A DNA stretch of 32,000 nt from Thermofilum pendens Hrk 5 (GTDB lineage: Archaea; Thermoproteota; Thermoprotei; Thermofilales; Thermofilaceae): the NCBI RefSeq assembly GCF_000015225.1, contig NC_008698.1, forward strand, positions 840,001 to 872,000, given 5' to 3'. The notes beneath the pieces were generated by a model that was not told where the DNA came from, did no database searches, and saw only the letters and a program-made list of their open reading frames with translations. Positions 26,596-32,000 of the stretch are shown one piece after another. Numbering within the stretch: the first letter of the stretch is position 1; each line of letters opens with the position of its first letter. The translations under genes and the position numbers were made by a program.

Positions 26596-27831
26596 CTACG
26601 GGAACCCCTCGACCCTCCTCCATATCGTGAGCTCGACGACGTAGGGGTAGCTGTATATCGTGCATATCCTTGGACCAAGCGTCACGGAGTTCGCTGGCTG
26701 AGCTTTCGAGCCACCGTAAGAGATGTCTATGCTCGGGATCCTGTTCACCACGATTACGACGGGGCTCCCCCTGAACTGGGCGAAGACGAAGATGTGGCTC
26801 GAGAGGGGCTCGACATACTTAACGTAGCCCACGAGGTACCACTGCTTCGCTGACGGGAGAACCTTTCCAGCGTTGTTGCAGAGAGGGTCGTCGTTGCGGA
26901 AGTTACCTGTCGAGTCCCTGCACCACACCACGGTCGTAAAGTTCAGGAGGTTCTGGTACTCTGGTACTGCTTGGAGAAGTTCGTCCTTCACGTGAACTGC
27001 TCCAGAAGTCTTTCCAACCTCTATTGTTCTATCTACGAATATGTACTTCCCGATGATATAGCCCTCGACGGGCACCCCCCTCTGAGCTGTCGGCGCATAG
27101 CCAGCGACGCTGACGAAGCCCTGCCACTCCGCCCTCAGTATCAGGAAGGCGAAGAACCACCTGTCTGTCCTCTGTTTGTTAAAGTAGTTGCTCAATTCGG
27201 ATCTATAGTCAAGCGTACAGGTTCCCAGAGGTCCTGTGAGATTGCTCTTAGCGAATACTTGCTTTTTTTCGACTTCTCCATTGCCAGGATTCACCCTAAC
27301 TATCACGTACATACCCGTCACGTTTGCGTTCGGAATCCCCAGCCCGTAGTAGTTGGTCACGTTGACCTGAAAGATGGACGAGAAGTTCCAGTTACCGAAC
27401 TGCCTGTAAGCCACGGGCTTAACGCTTACTACTAGCATGGGCCTCATCCGGAGCCTGAAGCCGTAGTTCTCGCTTAGCCCAAGTAGCTGCGCGAGCCTGG
27501 AGGCGTTGAGGAGGAGGGGGTTCGGGAGCGTGCTCAGGTTCGCGAGCCGCATCACCTTGTCAGGGTCCACGACGTACGGCGTCCTCGTGCCAGCGAGCGC
27601 TAGCCCGAAGTCCGTCAGCGTGTCCGGGGTTACCGAGATATTCGTCCCCCAGTCCGCCGGGTAGCCCGGGGTAAGCACGATCTTATCCATAACCCTCTCC
27701 GCCACTGTGAATAGCTGTTCCTCGTACACCGTGCCCAGGGTGTTCATAGAGGTTGACGCCATGCCGTACGCTACCGCTATGAGCAGTACGATGAGCACCC
27801 CCAGGGCGAGGTACTCGAGCGTGGCCTCCAT
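26596..27831 (-). CDS. pilin-like exported protein (411 aa)
   Basis: The N-terminus is MEA|TLEYLALGVLIVLLIAVAYGMA, with a very short leader, a Glu early in the mature part and a roughly 20-residue hydrophobic helix. I counted 8 sequons by hand. It has its own TATA-like TTTATTAA at 27864-27871. Confidence 0.65.
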   Translation of the reverse strand: MEATLEYLALGVLIVLLIAVAYGMASTSMNTLGTVYEEQLFTVAERVMDKIVLTPGYPADWGTNISVTPDTLTDFGLALAGTRTPYVVDPDKVMRLANLSTLPNPLLLNASRLAQLLGLSENYGFRLRMRPMLVVSVKPVAYRQFGNWNFSSIFQVNVTNYYGLGIPNANVTGMYVIVRVNPGNGEVEKKQVFAKSNLTGPLGTCTLDYRSELSNYFNKQRTDRWFFAFLILRAEWQGFVSVAGYAPTAQRGVPVEGYIIGKYIFVDRTIEVGKTSGAVHVKDELLQAVPEYQNLLNFTTVVWCRDSTGNFRNDDPLCNNAGKVLPSAKQWYLVGYVKYVEPLSSHIFVFAQFRGSPVVIVVNRIPSIDISYGGSKAQPANSVTLGPRICTIYSYPYVVELTIWRRVEGFP

Positions 27832-27895
27832 GAATACCCCTGAAAACTATCCTCAGATACGCCTTAATAAACCTGAGCGCGCGAGTCGCAGGGCT

Positions 27896-28381
27896 TTAAG
27901 GCGTCTGGATCTTCGCAAACCCGACGTAGATGCTGTTTCCATCCCTGAAGGCCACTATAGCGGGCTTGTAGCCGGGTGGTAGCGGTAATAGTATTGTGTC
28001 TGAAACGGTTAAGCCGCCCACCTCCCTGGATCCCTTCACGGCGTGTACGGGGCTCTGCCCGAAGTTGGGCGTTACGACGACTCTTACCTGCTGGTATATC
28101 TGTAGCCTAGCCGTGACGTTGAGCACGTTCTCGCTCGTCTCCCCTATGCTCAGCGAGTAGGGCTGCCCTGCGAGCGTATCGGGCACGGTGAGGTACATGT
28201 AGCTCAGGTTGCTCCCACCCAGCGTGTACACCGAGATCAGCTCGACGACCTCCCTGGCGGCGCTCTCCGCCACCTCGGATAGCATGACGTTCTGAGACTG
28301 CATCTGGTTCAGGAAGAGGAGGAAGCTGAACGCCGCGAGGATAATTATAGCCACTTGTAGCAACGTAACCGTGCCTATCAC
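27896..28381 (-). CDS. pilin-like small exported protein (161 aa)
   Basis: GTG start. The N-terminus is MIG|TVTLLQVAIIILAAFSFLLFL, followed by a beta-rich domain with 2 sequons. Confidence 0.6.
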   Translation of the reverse strand: MIGTVTLLQVAIIILAAFSFLLFLNQMQSQNVMLSEVAESAAREVVELISVYTLGGSNLSYMYLTVPDTLAGQPYSLSIGETSENVLNVTARLQIYQQVRVVVTPNFGQSPVHAVKGSREVGGLTVSDTILLPLPPGYKPAIVAFRDGNSIYVGFAKIQTP

Positions 28382-28411
28382 GTGGGAGATAACGGCGCTA
28401 GGCGTAGCATA

Positions 28412-29251
28412 TCACCTCGTGCTAACCTCCACCGTAGCAACCTTGACTACTACAACGAGGCCGTCTGCCGGCGCTCCCTCGGGCGCGCGAGGGAGCTTGA
28501 CTTGTTGTTGGAGGGTGCCCTGCTCCGCGAGTACGGCGAGGTCGCTGGACCCGTCGAACTTGTACTCTGTAACGTTTAGCCCCACGTTTCTGAAGACCAC
28601 GGGTATGGTTCCGGAGCCGCCCAGGTAGCCCGGCTTCAGCACGACTACGTGTATTGTGAAGAAGTTGTACCTTTTAACGCTACCCCCCACAGTCACGTTT
28701 ATCTGCCCGTTGTAGAAAACCCTCACGCGCGTGTACATGTACGCGCACGCCCTCTGCGAGAAGTTCTCGTAGACCACGACTATGGGTTCACCGCTCTCGA
28801 CGATAAGCTTTTTGAGCTCCCCTTGAAGGTCTCCCGACTCGGGGTACAGGAGGCGCGGAGAGGTCGTGACCAGGGGTCCCCCGCACACCTTCAGCCTGAG
28901 CGGGTAGCCGCTGAACACCTGCTGGATTCCTCCTCCCTGGACACCCCAAACCCACACGGAGAGCGGGGAGGATGCCTTCTCGAAGGATATCCCCGTGCTC
29001 GTAAGGCTGAACCTCACGTAGCGGGATCCCCCGGTGCCGAAGGCTACTTGTTCGAGCGCTGTTGCCGCGTAGGTTAACTGCTCCTTCGCGTACTCGTACT
29101 CCATTGTCTGCCTGTTCATGTCTATGAGGGACGTCGAGTAGTAAAGGGCTACGGAGACTATGGTCAGCATTATGCTCGTGAGTATAACCGCTGCTATGAC
29201 GGGCGATATAGCCTTCCTCATAGACCCCTGCATAGATAAAGGCTGAGGCAT
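28412..29251 (-). CDS. archaeal type IV pilin-like protein (class III signal peptide, PF07790-type N-terminus)
   Basis: The N-terminus ...MRKA|ISPVIAAVILTSIMLTIVSVAL matches the archaeal pilin N-terminal consensus ([KR]-[GA]-[IV]-SPVI-[AG]-x-[VI]-[LI]-L). Three in-frame ATGs (29251, 29233, 29221) precede the motif, so the true start is ambiguous. Confidence 0.75.
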   Translation of the reverse strand: MPQPLSMQGSMRKAISPVIAAVILTSIMLTIVSVALYYSTSLIDMNRQTMEYEYAKEQLTYAATALEQVAFGTGGSRYVRFSLTSTGISFEKASSPLSVWVWGVQGGGIQQVFSGYPLRLKVCGGPLVTTSPRLLYPESGDLQGELKKLIVESGEPIVVVYENFSQRACAYMYTRVRVFYNGQINVTVGGSVKRYNFFTIHVVVLKPGYLGGSGTIPVVFRNVGLNVTEYKFDGSSDLAVLAEQGTLQQQVKLPRAPEGAPADGLVVVVKVATVEVSTR

Positions 29252-29257
29252 AGATAA
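29230..29257. repeat. tandem 10-bp direct repeat GCATAGATAA (minus strand TTATCTATGC), 18-bp period
   Basis: Exact copies lie at 29230-29239 and 29248-29257, between the 512-aa gene and the pilin gene. Each carries a TATA-like TTATCTA and an in-frame ATG. Confidence 0.6.
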
Positions 29258-29269
29258 CGCTTTTCTATG

Positions 29270-30808
29270 CTATTCTCTTCTCCTGCGGATCACCACCACT
29301 ACTATCACTATGGCTACCACTGCTACTATCGCGACGAGGATTATGGGCTGGAAGAGGGCGCCGGGCGCCTCCTGCGCGCCAGCGGTAGCCCCGGGCACCG
29401 TGTAGGTGACCGTCTGGGTCTTCGAGCCCCAGGGGGAGTTGTAGGTGGCTACTACCTGGTAGCTACCGGGGTCGAGGCTTAAGGGCAGGGTCGCGGTACC
29501 CTCGACTGCGGACGCCCCGTCTATGCTCGTAGGGGTCTTGCTGAAGGACGCGTCCGGGAGGGAGGTCGCGAAGACCACCGCTCCACCGCTACCAACGACT
29601 TTCACATCCACGTTGGAGTTCTGGTAGAGGGGTGATACCCTCACGACTAGTGTGCCGGCGGTAACCTGGAGGGATACCTTGGGCTCAACTCTCACGGACT
29701 TCACGGTGAACCTGGAGGTCACCGGCGAGTACTTGTTCGAGTCAACCTTGACCGCTACCTGTGCCTCCCCCTCGGGGAACGCCGCGTATATCGTAGGGCT
29801 GAAGCTACCGGAGTAGACGGGTTGCCCTCCCCAGTAGACGGTCACCGTTGCCTGCTCGTCCTTCTCTACGGGCGGCGTTAACGCTATGCTTATCGGGACG
29901 TAGGCGCCCGCGACCACCGTGCTCGGCGCCGAGACCTTAGCCTCCCTTACGGGCTTAATGGATAGGCTCAGCGGGTATACGTAGGTGTACGTGTAGCCCC
30001 ACGGCGTCGTCGCGGCGACTTTTACCTGGACGCTGTACTGGCTCTTCACAAACGGCCCTAGCTTGCTGACGTTCATGAGGAACTCCAGCGTCCTCCTCTC
30101 GTTGACGTTCATGCGCCCCGTTGTGAGAAGGTAGCACTGGACGGGCGCCCCCTCTACCTGGGCTTGGGCGTTCTCGATGTACCCCTCGCCCTGCACCCAT
30201 ATGTCGACGAAGAACCTGACGACGTAGGGCTCGTAGTCTATCTTCAGGTAGGGCTCGACGTACACGTACGTCTTCGGCGCTATAACCCTCACGGGGATAC
30301 TCGTGAACGCCGAGTAGTAGCCGGACTCCTGTATCGGGGAGCCTCCCTTCGGGACCGCCTCGTAGTAGTACGAGAGGTCTATCCTGAGGCTAGTGTCCTT
30401 CACGTCCCCGGGCGCCATCTGCGACGCGAAGAACCTCGGGGTAAGCTTTACGGAGAGGTACGCTTGCCGGCCGAGCGAGAGCGGTATGGGGGTGTCGGGG
30501 ACGTACTCGTAGACGCTCGTATCCACCGTGAACCTAAGCGCCTTGAGGTAGAACACCTTGAGGTCTCCCTCCACCTCGGTTATCGTGACGGTCACCGGTA
30601 CCTCGTACTCGTTAGTAGCCACGAGCTCCGACGGAACCTTCACCGATACCTTTAACCATATGGGGCCTATCTTTACGAGGGACTCCTTCTGGGTCTGCTG
30701 CGAGAAGGCAGGCTGAGGAGCGGCGAAGACTACTAAAAGGAGGAGCACCACCAGGATGAAGCGCGCGGAGGATACTTGCAAGCTCTCTCTCCGTTTACTC
30801 CTAACCAT
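29270..30808 (-). CDS. secreted multi-beta-domain surface protein with a C-terminal TM anchor (512 aa from ATG 30808)
   Basis: It has a Sec-type signal (MVRSKRRESLQVSSARFILVVLLLLVVFAAPQPAFS|QQ). Repetitive beta-strand-like segments (KVSVKV, VTVTITEV, VQVKVAATT, VSLQVTAGTLVVRV) follow. The C-terminus is ILVAIVAVVAIVIVVVVIRRRRE. I prefer ATG 30808 because the TATA box TTTATAG at 30832-30838 is 24 nt upstream of it. Confidence 0.7.
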   Translation of the reverse strand: MVRSKRRESLQVSSARFILVVLLLLVVFAAPQPAFSQQTQKESLVKIGPIWLKVSVKVPSELVATNEYEVPVTVTITEVEGDLKVFYLKALRFTVDTSVYEYVPDTPIPLSLGRQAYLSVKLTPRFFASQMAPGDVKDTSLRIDLSYYYEAVPKGGSPIQESGYYSAFTSIPVRVIAPKTYVYVEPYLKIDYEPYVVRFFVDIWVQGEGYIENAQAQVEGAPVQCYLLTTGRMNVNERRTLEFLMNVSKLGPFVKSQYSVQVKVAATTPWGYTYTYVYPLSLSIKPVREAKVSAPSTVVAGAYVPISIALTPPVEKDEQATVTVYWGGQPVYSGSFSPTIYAAFPEGEAQVAVKVDSNKYSPVTSRFTVKSVRVEPKVSLQVTAGTLVVRVSPLYQNSNVDVKVVGSGGAVVFATSLPDASFSKTPTSIDGASAVEGTATLPLSLDPGSYQVVATYNSPWGSKTQTVTYTVPGATAGAQEAPGALFQPIILVAIVAVVAIVIVVVVIRRRRE

Positions 30809-30831
30809 ACACAACACTCCTCCCATCCGGC

Positions 30832-30838
30832 TATAAAT
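30832..30838 (-). promoter_or_regulatory. TATA box (TTTATAG) for the pilin-like gene block
   Basis: On the minus strand it reads GCTATAGATTTATAGCCGG. It lies 24 nt upstream of ATG 30808, consistent with a leaderless transcript. Confidence 0.55.
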
Positions 30839-30890
30839 CTATAGCGCACAACGTGTTATGCTTGGTCTTGCTTGACGTAAGTTTTCCTCA

Positions 30891-30935
30891 GTGTCTAATG
30901 ACTTCCCGTGAAACTGTGTCTATAAACGGTGTCTA
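30891..30935. repeat. three direct copies of GTGTCTA in the control region upstream of the pilin-like block
   Basis: Exact heptamers lie at 30891-30897, 30916-30922 and 30929-30935, with start-to-start spacing of 25 and 13 nt. The surrounding 171-nt spacer is comparatively AT-rich. Confidence 0.6.
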
Positions 30936-30997
30936 TCGAGAGCATTAGAAGTAATGTTAAGGTTCTTGCCCTTAACTTTGATCGGCACGCGTTCCAG

Positions 30998-31984
30998 CTA
31001 TTCGAGGCCGTACGTCGAGAAGCGTAGCTTCCCAACTTTCTCCTCAACCACTCTCCGGTATCTCTCGTCTAAGTAGGCCCTGTAGAGGCACGTCTTGCAG
31101 AGAGGCCTGGAGGAGGGTTCCCCGCAGACCGCGCACCTCGAGGGCTTTCGGGAGGGCTTCCTAGCCGTTTTCCTCGCGAGCTCCTTTACCGCTAGGACCC
31201 TGTACTTGAAGCCGGGAGAGGAGTCCTCGACTTCGTTTACCCAGTGCCTTATCGGGTGCCTGAGCGCGTAGACTATGTAGGGGCACTCCACGAACGGCGT
31301 GTAGATGTTCCTTATCAGCGTGTAGGCAAGCACCTCCTTCTCCGGTATGAAGTAGAGCGGCTTTATGCGGGGGACGAGGTCCCCCTCTTCCGCTCTCTCA
31401 GAGACGATACCCTCCCTCAGTATCCCCTCGACGTGGTTCTTTAAGGCGTTCATCACGAAGACCTGTACCTCGTCGTCCAGGTTATGCCCCGTTGCGAGCT
31501 TGTCCGCGCCTGCCTCCCGGGCGGCGTGGTTCATCACGTACCTCCTCAAAACGCCGCAGACACTGCACGGCTTTACCTTGAACCCCTTCTCCCTCAGAGC
31601 CTTCACCGCCTCGTCCAGCGTGAAGCCGAAGTACTCTTTGAACGACCCTACGATTATCTCGACGCCCAGCCTGCCGGCAAGGCTCCTCAACGCCTCGAGC
31701 TTGTACTCCCTGTAGCCCGCTATACCCTCGTCTACCGCCACCCCGAAGACCTCCACGCCGAGCTCCCCGGCGAACCTGGAGAAGAGGTAGAGAGTGGTCA
31801 GGCTATCCTTACCCCCGCTAACAGCAACGGCTACTCTCTCGCCCCTCTCGACGAGCTTGTAGAACCTGACGGCCTCCAGGAAGCGCCTCTCGAAGTACTC
31901 CGCGAAGTGCTCGCTACAGAGGTAGTCCCCCAGGTAGGAAACGTACACAGACGCCCTGCGCCCGCACACGTAGCACTTGGCCAA
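30998..31984 (-). CDS. PP-loop tRNA 2-thiolation protein (TtuA/NcsA/TtcA family)
   Basis: 328 aa. It has an N-terminal Zn finger (CYVCG...CSEHF), the PP-loop SGGKDS, a central CSVCG and a C-terminal Zn finger (CAVCGEPSSRPLCKTC). Confidence 0.88.
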   Translation of the reverse strand: MAKCYVCGRRASVYVSYLGDYLCSEHFAEYFERRFLEAVRFYKLVERGERVAVAVSGGKDSLTTLYLFSRFAGELGVEVFGVAVDEGIAGYREYKLEALRSLAGRLGVEIIVGSFKEYFGFTLDEAVKALREKGFKVKPCSVCGVLRRYVMNHAAREAGADKLATGHNLDDEVQVFVMNALKNHVEGILREGIVSERAEEGDLVPRIKPLYFIPEKEVLAYTLIRNIYTPFVECPYIVYALRHPIRHWVNEVEDSSPGFKYRVLAVKELARKTARKPSRKPSRCAVCGEPSSRPLCKTCLYRAYLDERYRRVVEEKVGKLRFSTYGLE

Positions 31985-32000
31985 CAGGTCCGCCCCGCTA

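Noticed and set aside
26586-26678. The longer ATG start (197 aa) for the fifth gene of the pilin-like block.
   Set aside because: It would overlap the upstream gene by 83 nt and add a Ser/Gly/Arg low-complexity leader. GTG 26585 gives a compact pilin-like precursor instead.
28382-28414. The 279-aa and 161-aa pilin-like ORFs are in the same frame, separated by TGA plus 10 sense codons. I considered stop-codon readthrough or a split gene.
   Set aside because: A shared frame is a one-in-three coincidence. The 161-aa protein has its own complete hydrophobic pilin-like N-terminus right at its GTG. I see no readthrough context or selenocysteine/pyrrolysine element.

Overview
The window reads as a compact chromosomal segment of a GC-rich hyperthermophilic archaeon, probably a crenarchaeon of the Desulfurococcales or Thermoproteales type. 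Four things support this. First, tRNA-Thr carries a 17-nt intron one base 3' of the anticodon. Second, TATA-like boxes (TTTATCT, CTTATAA, TTTAAAA) sit about 24-30 nt upstream of start codons, which implies leaderless or short-leader mRNAs. Third, GTG and TTG starts are frequent. Fourth, the proteins are rich in Glu, Lys, Arg, Tyr and Trp. I did not compute GC content.

Most of the window (1-23.7 kb and 31-32 kb) is housekeeping:
- AMP-forming acetyl-CoA synthetase, FGGY sugar kinase, hexapeptide acyltransferase, TatA
- NMN adenylyltransferase, RNase HII, ROK glucokinase, CysRS
- a polar amino-acid ABC transporter, Mrp/NBP35 ATPase, an M50/S2P-like protease
- a PotABCD-type polyamine ABC transporter, a SagB-type nitroreductase, HAM1/RdgB ITPase, and a TtuA/NcsA-type PP-loop tRNA thiolase
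- several hypothetical proteins interspersed among these

The stand-out region is 23700-30826. It is a tight, co-directional minus-strand block of six genes for exported proteins, several of them sequon-rich. Five begin with type IV pilin-like (class III signal peptide) N-termini. One has the archaeal pilin motif RKA|ISPVIAAVIL, and another is a 792-aa pilin-anchored giant. The first gene encodes a Sec-signal, multi-beta-domain, C-terminally anchored protein. No assembly ATPase, membrane platform or prepilin peptidase is visible in the window. A triple GTGTCTA direct repeat lies upstream. I regard this block as the best candidate for an uncharacterised surface-filament or tip-complex system. 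I found no CRISPR array, transposase, integrase or rRNA.
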